A stretch of 64,000 nt of DNA from Octopus sinensis (lineage: Eukaryota): positions 29,636,001 to 29,700,000 of the forward strand of contig NC_043007.1 in the NCBI RefSeq assembly GCF_006345805.1, given 5' to 3'. The notes beneath the pieces are model-generated. The model was not told the origin of the DNA, made no database searches, and worked only from the letters and a program-made list of their open reading frames with translations. The position numbers were made by a program, and so were the translations under genes. This document shows positions 37,667-50,529 of the stretch, piece after piece. Position 1 is the stretch's first letter, and each line of letters begins with the position of its first letter.

Positions 37667-39119
37667 ATTTAAACAGACGCCAGTGCAGTTTTGTAAAAAA
37701 ATCATGTTATCTTATTTACGGCGGTTTATTTTCTTTACTAAGTTTCAGATGTTTTCATAGAAATAAATCTTTGGTGCAATCCGTCCGTGCTGTAATATTT
37801 CAAATACATTTCATTCTCTTAGTTTCTAGAATTCCTGCTGCGACTGTAAATATTTTTTGAACTGAACATTTATCTCCATAGCCACACAAATATAAATTTT
37901 TGTTTAAGTTTCAATTTCAAAATCGCACTGACAAAAGCGAGTTTATTAAAGTACAGATGTAACTGGAATGTGAGAAGCGTGGAAAAAATAAAGTAGATTA
38001 ATGTTGTTAGTATTTGTTTCTTTTGATAACTTTTTCAAAATTTCTTACAGAGAACAAATCATTAGGAAAAATGACTTCATCTGATAAAAGGAAGAACAAA
38101 GCAGAATATATTTATGAAAGAGATTTCTGCTCGGTATGAGTCAGGTTTATTTACACAAGATGATCATAGCCATCTGAAAAGATATACAGTGGTAGATGTA
38201 CACGAATGGAACCGCATTCGTCCGCCGAACAATCTCTAAAGAGTCATGAAGAATGATGAGTCATACGCATGACATGGTTATTGCCCTCTCTGTTGATTCA
38301 AAAGGAAATATCAAAAATGTCCTACTATCTATGCACTTATTCTATCTTTCCCTTTATTAATGACGTGGGATCCCTTATGATGTCAAAAATAAATTGTTCC
38401 GTCTTCAACTATTATTATATGTAACCGACCAAGCAATGTCAATAAAGCCACCTCTATTATTATAGAGTTTTCTTGTTGACGATGTTTGAAAGAAACAATT
38501 AAAATGTTGATATAGCCGACTTTTATAATTGGGGTTTTATATATTTCTTGCTGAATAATTCACGAAGTTTGTAACCCTTTGTAGAAATATTTACTTCTTG
38601 AGGAGAAGAATGTTTTCTCACGTTAGTTATCTATACTTTTTGTACGGTGGATTACACCAGACCATATGAAAACTCTCTCTGGTGCAGTTTTCATATCATT
38701 AGATAGATTATATGCTATTTTATATAGAATATAATATGCTATTACATACTTTTGTATTTTTCAAGTGGTTGCGTACGAAGGCCTAGTTATACTTGTTCTC
38801 TGCCCGATGAAAAGTTGAATTATCAAAGAAAAGACAGTTTAGATAATTACTACTTTTAGCTACCTTCAGTGGATGTCTGGAATATGACTGTATGTTTAGG
38901 AGCTACTTGTTAGGTTTTATAGAAAATTGGTAGGAATCTGAGGTTAGCTTCATAATTGTAACCAGGAAATTGGCAAATAATAGATTCGCTTCTCTTGTTA
39001 TTTCTCAATTAATCTTTCATAACGCAGGTATGATTATTTCCTGCATATGTAACTGTGCATCCATACCACTACTTAAAGCCATTACGTCTTCATCTCTGTA
39101 CATGCCGCTCTAATATTAT

Positions 39120-39370
39120 TGTCTATCTGTAAGACGGCGATCTGGCAGAATCGTTACTCTTTTACTTGTTTCAGTCATTTGACTGCGGCCATGCTGGAGC
39201 ATCGCCTTTAGTCGAGCAAATAGGCCCCAAGACTTATTCTTTGTAAGCCTAGTACTTGTTTTATCGGTCTCTTTTGCTGAACCGCTAGGTGACGGGGACC
39301 TAAACACACCAGCATCAGTTGTCAAGCGATGTTGGGAGTACAAACATATACACACACATGCATACATATA
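39120..39370 (-). mobile_element. SINE family B tail half
   Basis: Reverse complement of the family B tail. Confidence 0.85.
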
Positions 39371-40055
39371 TACATATCGACAGGCCCTTGTCCCCAAAAA
39401 TTTCGGGCCTTCTGCCTAGTGTACAAAGGAATATGTACTTGTTTAAAAATTAAGACCTCTGACTGCCAGAAATGAAGACCTTTTATCAAATGAAGAACTT
39501 TTCTCAAAGTAATTCCGATTTGCCTTACGGAAATGTCAGTTTAGTTTTACGGAAGGTGAATCTTCTACAGTAATTCTTAAAAAAGCCATTTTGCTTTAAC
39601 CTTGAAAGAATTAACAAGGCACCAATTGGATTCTAATATCATAGTCACGTGTCCTTGTAATATTCATCAACATTACGTGCACTTAAATAGGGACAGAAAT
39701 TGCGAATAAAGCGCACACTTTTGACAAAGCCCTTGATAAATTATTCAACTGACTTCTCTACATGCCCAACCCACGCAAAAACTGGGCATGATTACTGCGC
39801 GGTTCCATCCGGATTCAGTTAAAAATATTTACAGTTCTGATGCAGTAAGTTTTAATTAGCTAAAATGTGTTATGGAGGGGGGAGGCGGGGGTAATAAATC
39901 TGAAGTTGTCATAAATTTAAAAAGTAACAAAGATGGAAATTTTAGTTGGATGATAGCTTTCGGAGAAACGGAGTAGGAAACGAATGAAACACTGTAGCTG
40001 CCTCATTCACCTTCACACATCTACGCTCATTCACCAATACACTCGTCTCACACAC

Positions 40056-40094
<39 letters not shown>

Positions 40095-40544
40095 ACACAC
40101 ACACACACACTCTCTCCAGTTTCTCTCAGTTTCTCTCTTTATATATATATATATACATACATATATATATATAAATATGTGTATGTGTGTATACATACAC
40201 CCACATAAATTTGTGTGTGCAAATGTGTGTATAAGTGCAAACACTACACATTTTATTAATGTGCGTGTCTGTGACTTCCTGTGTGTGTATGTGTATGTCT
40301 ATGCATTTGGTGTATGCGTTTGTGTGAATCATTTTATATGCGAAAATATTTTATTCTGAACATCTTTTTAAGTATGTACACTCACACACTCACACATACA
40401 TATATGCAAGCATCTGTTTCATTGCATGTGTCTGCATGTACCCGTATATATTTATGTTTAAACAAGTCTTATAACACACACACACACACACACACACATA
40501 AACACATATAGACATTTACATTTGACGGATCTTGTTTGTTATTT

Positions 40545-40588
40545 ACACAACGTTTCGGCTGATGTAATCTCCAGCCTTCATCAAGTGT
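40545..40588 (-). ncRNA. Minimal type I hammerhead ribozyme motif (Penelope-like pLTR)
   Basis: Minus: ACAC-TTGATGA-A-GGCTG gagattacat CAGCC-GAA-ACGT-T|GTGT. Stem I 4 bp, stem II 5 bp, palindromic stem III, C3U change. Confidence 0.7.
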
Positions 40589-40638
40589 CCTGGGGGAATT
40601 TCGAACCTGTGTTCTCATTCTTAAGGTATTTTCCCCGA

Positions 40639-41293
<655 letters not shown>

Positions 41294-41569
41294 TGGTTAC
41301 TACTTGGAATCGAACTCGGAAACTTGGTCAAATAACCCCAAGATTCCGAGTTCGATTCCAGGCAGTGATCCTTATAATAATAATAATAATATAATAATAA
41401 TATAATAATAATAATAAGATAGAACTGGATGCTGAACCGTGGTGGATTCGTTCTTGAAGGTGATACGCCAGCACGGCCACAGTCGAATGACTGCAGAGAA
41501 ATAGATAACATACATATACATACATATGTATATATATAAATATATATATGTGTGTATGTGTGTGTATAA

Positions 41570-41890
41570 TACTGGCACTCCGTCGGTTACGGAGACCTGG
41601 GTTCCGGTTGATCCGATCAATGGAACAGCAAGCTCGTGAGATTAACGTGCAAGTGGCTGAGTGTTACACAGACATGCGTACCCCTTCACATATTTCTCTG
41701 GGAGATTCAGCGTGACACACAGTGTAACAAGGCTGGCCCTTTGAAATACAGGTACTACTCGTTTTTGCCAGCTGAGTGGACTGAAGCAATGTGAAAATAA
41801 AGTGTCTTGCTCAAGGACACAATGTACCGCTGGGAATCGAACTCACGACCCTACGATCGAGAGCCGAATACCCTCACCACCAAGCCACGG
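41570..41890 (-). mobile_element. tRNA-headed CORE-like SINE (family C2)
   Basis: Reverse complement gtggcttggtggtgaggg..gagttcgattccc..gtgtccttgagcaagacactt. Confidence 0.85.
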
Positions 41891-41944
41891 ACCTTTACAA
41901 TCTCAATCTCTCTCTCTCTCTCTCTGTATATATATATATCGTCT

Positions 41945-42129
41945 TTTTTATGTTTCAGACATTTGGGTGTGGCCATGCTGGAGCACTGCCTTTAGTTGAA
42001 GAAATCGACTCCAGGATTTATTCTATCGGTCTCCTATGTTGAACCCCTACGTTGCGGGGGGATGTAAACACAAAAACATCGGTTGTCAAGCAATGATGGG
42101 GGAGGGCAAACACAGACACAAACAAATGC

Positions 42130-42186
<57 letters not shown>

Positions 42187-42478
42187 TATACTCCGAGTAA
42201 CAGCTTTTGTTAAATTTCTGCTGCTTTTAAATAAAGTATGTATATATGTGTGTGTCTGCACTCAGACAAATACACACATGCTCACTCTCACCCCCTCCCT
42301 TTCTATATATATATATATAATATACGAGGGCTTCCTTCAGTTTCCATCTCCCAAATCAACTCCCAAGTATTTGGTCGGCCCGAGGTTATAGTAGAAGACA
42401 CCTGCCCAAAGTGCCACGCAGTGGGACTGAACCCGGAACCATGTGATTGGGAAGCAAGCTACTTACCACACAGCCTAT
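41945..42478 (-). mobile_element. SINE family B, full length with internal microsatellite
   Basis: Head 42320-42478, (TA)/(CA) middle, tail 41945-42125. Confidence 0.8.
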
Positions 42479-42889
42479 TATATATATATATATATATACA
42501 CCCACCATTCAAGAATACACACGTGTTTATAAATAGAACATTTATTGATATGTGTATGTGTGTGTGTACGTGTGTATCCATAGTTCTACATTGATAAAAG
42601 ATGACTGCATGAGCCATATGGAACAGTGTGGCGGCGCTAGTGTACGCATGCTTATATAGGCATATACTTCTGCAGTGCTTTGCACCGCGCTCTCCTCTTC
42701 CACGCCCTTCTCTTTCAACATATCTTATGCGTGTGTGTATGTGTGTATGCGCGTGTGTGTGAGTATACATGTGTGTGTGTAAGTGTGTGTGTGCATTAAA
42801 ATACCATTATTTTATGCTTGAGCATACACACTCCAATATACGCTCGCACACACGCGCACACACACGTGCAGCACACGTGCAGCACACAC

Positions 42890-42909
42890 AAATATATATA
42901 TATATTATA

Positions 42910-42944
<35 letters not shown>

Positions 42945-42945
42945 A

Positions 42946-43012
<67 letters not shown>

Positions 43013-43036
43013 TATATTATATATATATATATATAT

Positions 43037-43087
<51 letters not shown>

Positions 43088-43115
43088 CATATGTATTTAT
43101 GCATATATATATATG
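42890..43115. repeat. (TA)n microsatellite
   Basis: Directly visible. Confidence 0.95.
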
Positions 43116-44369
43116 TATATGCAAGTATAGAGATACGACACTATCTACATCTAGACATACACACAAATATAAAGACATACCATCTGCTCTATCTTTATAT
43201 ATATTACCGTCATAAATGCTATTGTCTGTCTGTAGAATCTTCCACTCGTGCATTGATTAAACTCCTCCATTTTATCAAGTATGCCATCGTAATGGATAAT
43301 TTTTCCTTAAGCCAAAGTTAGTGCAGATTCTTCTCTTCCTCTTATTCCGAAATTGTTCCAATATTGGACAGTTTAAATTATCTTCAATATGGAGCTTCTT
43401 TTGAAATATTGCATCAGAATGAAAGAAAAACAGAGAGTGGCACCAACCGTTTCTTGTTTTTGTCTCCTAGATTCTTACCGCTTCCATATTAGTTCGAATT
43501 TTTTGGCAAATCTAATGAGTTCCTGTTTTATTTTATTCTGTTAAATTACTCTTTTAGTTGGAGAGATGCATTGTGGCTATTTAGTAGTGAAAATGGTTGA
43601 CAAATTTAATACGCTGCTAATTCTGACAATGTAAGCATGAAGATACGGGTTCAAACCTTATTCAGATACTATTTCTGATGGTGTTTTTTTTTTTTTTAGT
43701 AATATTAAAATTCGTGTCTGTCGCCATTTATGGCGGTTTCCACTCATAATCCTGGTTAGAGTTGTTCTTCTTTTCTAACTCCAGATTAGTCCTAACCGTG
43801 TAAACGGTCAACGGCTTTCCAATTGTGACTATCCCATCTTCTACCTATATCCAGGGAACCCAAGATTACATTATCCAACGTGGTCTTTTCTAAGACGGTG
43901 TGGTGTATTTTCAGGAAATTTAGCTGCTATTTATAGCAGGATTAGCGACATCAAGAAAGGTCCCTTATTTGTTTGTCATATTTTTGGTAGTTTCCACTAA
44001 TGGCGCAATTTCTCAGGCGGTTGCTCTAATTTCCTCGAATAAATCTGTTGCTTTACACGCATACATCTGGTGGTATTTACAGGGGCATCTTGTAGCTTCT
44101 TTTGCGGAGAATATCAGTAAAATATTCGACTTCGTTTAACACATCAATCTTCCGTGTCAGAGCCTCTCGCATCGATAGCTTCCAATCAATTCGCTCTATC
44201 ACGTCATGTGTTAGTGGATCCCTGTCTTACCCTATCCCTCCTTCTCTCCTCCCCCTTTCTCTCTGACCAACATTCCCACCAGTCTGAATTGTCCCATGTA
44301 CTTAGTTCTCAATCGTGTTTTTAGGTGAATGTCGTCTGTAATTATTTAACCTCGTTCAATTAATTCTTT

Positions 44370-44790
44370 GAAGAAGTACGAGCTATTGTGGAGGTCAGTT
44401 GCCCAGCAAGCGTGGATAGCGAAGATACGCGAAGAAGATCGTTTCTATACAACATGTCAGCTATTAGGAAAGGTTGAAAAAGTTAAGACTCTACTCCTGG
44501 AACGAAGGCGGGAAAGATCTGCAGTGATATACATCTGGAAAACTCTAGAAGAACTTGTACAAAACCTTGGCATTGAAAGTTACACAAATTGCAGAACGGG
44601 ATGCGGCTGCATTGTGCCAAAGATGCCAATATTGCCGTCGAGGTACAGGAACAGATACTGCAACATTTTGGATTTCAAAGTCCTAGAACTCTTCAATATC
44701 ATCCCGCCCACCACCAAAAGCCTTTGAGACCTACATGGGGTGCATGTAGGCGTCTTCAAAACAAAACTGGATCTCCTCCTATGGGTGAAT
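44370..44790 (+). mobile_element. CR1/L2-group LINE 3' fragment, same family as 5432-5945
   Basis: LERRRERSAVIYIWKTLEELVQNLGIESYTNCRTGCGCIVPKMP..RYCNILDFK. Confidence 0.85.
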
Positions 44791-45145
44791 GTAGCAAGGA
44801 TGGCACATTGAGCATAATCCTATGAACCCGGAAAATTACCTACTTGTAAACAAATGTGGTAACATGTAACATCATTGACCGAGGTTACCGTGGTCTTTTC
44901 CGTAGGCTTTTCTTCCCACGGATAAACATTATCTGCTTCCCCCTTCACACTTTACACCATGACACTGTGATACATGATCCCTATTGATCGTTTTCTTTTC
45001 CTCCCCCTTTTTTTTCTTCCTTCCCTTTTACGATCCCTTTTGATCGAAAACCTAACCTCCTCCCTTTTTTTCTCCTTTCTCTCCCCCAAAAAGAAAAGCT
45101 CTACTTTGTAATCTGTCCCGTCTGTGTGCAGCCCCGTGTGGCTAA

Positions 45146-45257
<112 letters not shown>

Positions 45258-45465
45258 TAAGTACTACGAGAAGGTACTTTAGCCCGTGACGGGAGCACTG
45301 TATAATTAGTGAGTGTGTTGTTTGTGTTAGCACCGAGTAATTGTCTTAACAGTACAAATATTAATTTAGAGCAGAAAAACAACTTAAAACCTTCTCTTTC
45401 CCCTCCCCTTCCCCTTCCACCTCCCTCTTCCCCCCTTCCCCCACTCCTCCTCCTCCTCCTCCTCT

Positions 45466-45497
<32 letters not shown>

Positions 45498-45971
45498 CCA
45501 CAGGAAACCTGTTCCGAAGAAATATATTCAAACTTTCCAGAATTCCCCAGCAATCACTAAAATACCTGCTGCGGCTCAAATATTGATCACCATAATTAAC
45601 TGTGGACTAATTGTAGACTAATTATAGACTAATCTAAAAATATATTCCTGCAGGTAATATAAAAAAAAGGAAAAAGGCCATAGAACAGGCAACAGAACGG
45701 CAGGTCCGCGCCAGAAATGGTGGATTTCACAGGGAAGCAAAACAGAAGCGTGTGAAATGCATCAACACCAGAACCGCAAATAAACCGCAGGAATAAACGT
45801 TGAAGGATTAAAGCTAAATAAGGAAATAAGAAGGAAATGGAGACGTTTTAGAGAAAAACAGGAAAAACCAGCAAACATTGGTATGGGACATAAAATAGCA
45901 CAACGCTGATGTTTTATAATATCATGTTAGTGTTATTAGCATCATCATTATCATCACTGTCAACAACAACA

Positions 45972-46160
45972 GTGGAGGCGCAATGGCCCAGTGGTTAAGG
46001 CAGCGGACTTGCGGTCGTAAGAACCCGGTTTCGATTCCCAGACCGGGCATTGTGAGTATTTATTGAGCAAAACACCTAAGCTCCACGAGGCTCCGGCGGG
46101 TGGGGGTGGGGGGTGAACCCCGCTGTACTCTTTCACCACAACTTTCTCTCACTCTTTCTT
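45972..46160 (+). mobile_element. tRNA-headed SINE family C1
   Basis: Homologous to the copy at 19993. Confidence 0.85.
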
Positions 46161-46454
46161 TCTACTTCTGCCACAAAGCAGAGGAACCATGGTGTAACCC
46201 ACTATGGTATGTTAAACTTTCAGACCCTAGTCTAGATTGCGAATCCTCTGTACCCCAGAATGGTTCAGCTCTCCACCCGTTAAAAGCCACCGTTTACGGA
46301 ATGAGGATAACAACGTAGCTTTCGCGTCCGTGCAACCGCCATTCTATCGCGTGTGATGGGTGGATCTTCAAGTTGCCACACGCATTCTTAGTAGCTTAGA
46401 GTAGGCTCGAATTAGAGACTGTTCTTTGTGACTAATGGCGTGAGTCCTGATTTG

Positions 46455-46565
46455 AAGAAGAAGAAGAAGAAGAAGAAGAAGAAGAAGAAGAAGAAGAAGA
46501 AGAGAAGAAGAAGAAGAAGAAGAAGGAAAAGAAGAAGAAGAAGAAGAAGAAGACGACGACGACGA
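46455..46565. repeat. (GAA)n grading into (GAC)n
   Basis: Directly visible. Confidence 0.95.
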
Positions 46566-47679
46566 CAGCAATGGCCTCGCCAGATGCCATGTCAAAAACA
46601 ACCTCTAATAACATCTACAAACGCACACACACACGCACAACAACAACACACAGACACACACACAAAATAATGCCAAGTAAAGTTCCTTCTAAGCTGATAA
46701 TTCTTGAGTTGTACGCAGAACAGCGAGAACCCAAACAATAACGTATTTGTCCATTCTTAATATTAGATTCTGGTTGATTCCAATATGATCGTCTGATCAC
46801 TGTTGTTTTCCTTCATCAGAGAACATCTCGCCATTTTAGAATATTCACAGGTATAAAGGAACTTTGAGACACCGTGGTGTGACTCATAAATTATTGTCTG
46901 TTCTGACAGACATCAACTCACATCAACAAATGATTTGTTTGGTAATTTTTGTAAACAAGCATCTTGTGCTCTTGTTAAATTGATTGGCAGAACAAGGAGA
47001 GCTTTATCTGAAGAAACACAATGAATCGCTTGTACAATGAACATGAAGGTGCACAAGGAGGAGGTGTTCTCCGACACCGAAAAGCCAAAGATATTCACGC
47101 TCGAATCCGCAGAACGTATTAAGAACGAATAAATACGGTTTCTCAGAAATGAATCTCCAAAAATACACAAAGACAGGAACTCAATACGAAAAATAATTTT
47201 GGCTTCTTCCTTTCAGCAGATAATGCAAAAACAAAAAAAGACTGCAACATGTAAAATCTTCCGAGAACGTCAGGGAGTGAGATGAAGAAATCCTCATTAT
47301 ACACATAAAACTTATTGGGTGTCACGGGTTCTCTGCATCAATCAATGAAGGAGACTCGATGTGGTCACTCGACCTGCTAAAGGAATCTGTTAAATCACCT
47401 TCAGTTCACAACCAGCTGTCTTAGAAATAAGCAGGTTGGGTGACGTGATTCACTGTTCCTTGCATAAAAGACAGTGAGTTGGCAGCCATTAGAGAGTTGG
47501 CAGCCATTGGAGAGTTGGCAGTATGTGTCCCGACTCTCCTCTTTGTGAGTTTCAATTTCGCTTAGATTAACTTTACTTTTCATATTTTCGGAGTCGTTAA
47601 ATAAAGTACCTGTCGAGTATTAGGGTCAAATCTTCTCTCTCTCTCTTTCTCTCCCTCTCTATCTCTCTCACACACACTT

Positions 47680-47695
47680 TATCTATCTATCTATC

Positions 47696-47756
<61 letters not shown>

Positions 47757-47770
47757 GCTAGCTAGCTAGC
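47680..47770. repeat. (TCTA)n grading into (GCTA)n
   Basis: Directly visible. Confidence 0.95.
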
Positions 47771-48269
47771 TTTCCATCTGTCTTTGTAAGCTTTACGTGC
47801 CAATCCCTCTCTTTTATTCCCTCCGGAATAAGAGAGAGGGATTGGCACGTAAAGTTTAAAATGTAAAAAACAAGCCGTATATCAGGATCACTGCAACCTC
47901 TCTAAGTTGGGGGCCCAAATGGGGAATACAAGAAAAGAAAAGATGGGATGGCCAAGGCTGAAATGCTTATAGCCATAGATCTACTTGACCAGAAATTGAC
48001 TGTGCAGGCTGTCGTAGTGTAACTCAGCCGATCCGTTGTTGCATGGTAGAGTTGGTCGTATTTGAGGGGGATTATAGAAATAAAGGTCAACACAATCACC
48101 TCTCGACCTCAAACATGGTCTGGGGCTGTCCTTAACATGAAGGAGACATGGTAGAACTGGGGAGATGAATCTGTAGGCCACATCTTTCGGGGTTAGGGGC
48201 AGACTGCAAGATAAGGGTACATCAGCACCGCTGTCGTTTTCAAATATCACTGTCCTCCTCCTACGCATC

Positions 48270-48331
48270 ACCACCACCATCACCATCACCCTTCATCATC
48301 ATCATCATCATCATCATCGTCGTCATCATCG

Positions 48332-48373
<42 letters not shown>

Positions 48374-48385
48374 CCATCACCATTA
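48270..48385. repeat. (ATC/ACC)n microsatellite
   Basis: Directly visible. Confidence 0.9.
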
Positions 48386-49056
48386 CCATCAGTGTAAAAC
48401 TACACCACACCAACAGTCCCACATCTCAAAATCACATGACAATTAGGTTAACAACAACAACAACAGCAACAACAACAACAACAACAACAACACCAATCAG
48501 TACAAACACAACAAAAGCGTTGCCAAAGCCACCTACGCAAATATTAGAAATAACAATGGCTAGTTACCAATGCTACCACCACCACCGCTGCTACAACCGC
48601 TACTGCCACCACTACCACCACCACCACCACCACCACCACCAGAAACCAGTAATACCATGCCAACAAGCCTCTAAACTCCAATAACTAATCAAATTGAAGT
48701 ATTTATAGTGTGACAGACAAAATAGCTGACACCCACGTAATCTTGCCATTGACGAACCCAACTTATCTAATGGCGCTGCTTCGGAATAATTATATACATC
48801 GATATATATACACGCGCCCGCCTGTGCATGTATAATAGGGTGTATGTGTGTGTGTGTGTGTGTTTTGATACATACGTATACACACACGCACACACGCACA
48901 CACACACACACATATATATATTATGCTGCATACACATTACATCTATATATCTATCTATTCTATATATGTATATATATATATAAATGGACAGAGTGAGAGA
49001 GAGAGAGAGAGAAAGCGAGAGAGGGAGGAAAAGAGAGAGGGAGAAAGAGATTTGTG

Positions 49057-49104
<48 letters not shown>

Positions 49105-49186
49105 TGTATAGGTATTTAGGTATGTAGTAAGTCGTATGTATGCAAGCATATATTTATGCTGCATCTATGTATGAATGTATGTATGT

Positions 49187-49239
<53 letters not shown>

Positions 49240-49589
49240 GTATAGGCTGTGTTATATGGCGCGCACGTTGTACAGTGCTGCCGCCCACGTATCCAGCAAC
49301 GCTATCGACGCAAGCATTGAAAGTTATCTCTTCTCATTCCAGCACAAAAGAATAATTATACATCCGTATAAAAGTCTCATTACACATGCATGCGTATAAA
49401 AGCATTTACACATATACACACACACGCGTATACACACACACACGTACACACACATACACGTACACACATTCATGCGCATGCCCGCCCTGAGACACGTATG
49501 TCTGAGTCATACACATAAGTCAGTATAAATCTTTAACTATAGAAATATACAGACATATGCATACACTCATATATATATACAAACTACGT

Positions 49590-49623
<34 letters not shown>

Positions 49624-49759
49624 CACATACATATACACATACATACATATATACATACACATATATATATATATACATGTATATATATATATACACACAC
49701 ATATATATGTAGAAACACATACGTATGTATGAATATACGTATTTATGTATGCAATTCAG

Positions 49760-50120
49760 TCATAAGATTGTGCCCAAGCTGGGGCACCGCTGTGAATGGT
49801 TTGGCCGAAAAATTTAAGGATAAGTCCCTTATTCTTTTTAATTCTGATACTTATTTTATTTTGTCAAACCGCTAAGTCATGGGAACGTAAGCAAAGCAAC
49901 ACCGCTTGTTATTACAAGTGTTGCATACATACTCAAACAACCACTCACCGACCCCAGACACACACACACGTATGCCACAGGCTTGTACGTAGTTTCTTTT
50001 TAAAAGCTTTGGTTAGCCCAGGGCTATAAACGAAGACACTGTCCCAAGATGAGGCGTTATGGGACTGAACCCCAAAACGAGTGATTACGAAGCTAACCTT
50101 ATTAATCACACAGCCATGCC
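49760..50120 (-). mobile_element. Diverged SINE family B
   Basis: Head, short (TG) middle and gcggtgccccagc tail on the minus strand. Confidence 0.7.
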
Positions 50121-50131
50121 TGAGCCTATAC

Positions 50132-50176
<45 letters not shown>

Positions 50177-50188
50177 TGTGTTTGTGTG

Positions 50189-50227
<39 letters not shown>

Positions 50228-50529
50228 ACATGCGCGTGCGCGCAAGTATACTTCAACTTATGTCTGCAACAGATGCCAAGACAAGCGATAACTCGAATAA
50301 CGACGTAACACGAAAAAGCATTTTAAAAACTTTGTTAACTTATTACTATTTTCATAATTGCTTCCATATCAATAAAGGCGAAATTCTGTCTGTCCAGGAC
50401 CCCTGTGCCTCACCCTATATTTGCTCTTCATAGACGTATACTTATTTGGAACCAGAGTGATCTCGGGATTGAAAATCTGTCCTTCATTTGGTTTTTGAAC
50501 ATCCAGCATTGAGATCTGATCTAAAAGCA

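Noticed and set aside
47474-47522. gagttggcagccatt repeated at an 18-bp period
   Set aside because: Plain short tandem duplication (about 2.6 copies) with no unique spacers. It is not CRISPR-like.
47902-48289. Overlapping minus-strand ORFs with a good acceptor (cccttatcttgcag)
   Set aside because: No recognisable homology, no clear donor, and no frame stands out. Possibly a decayed TE.
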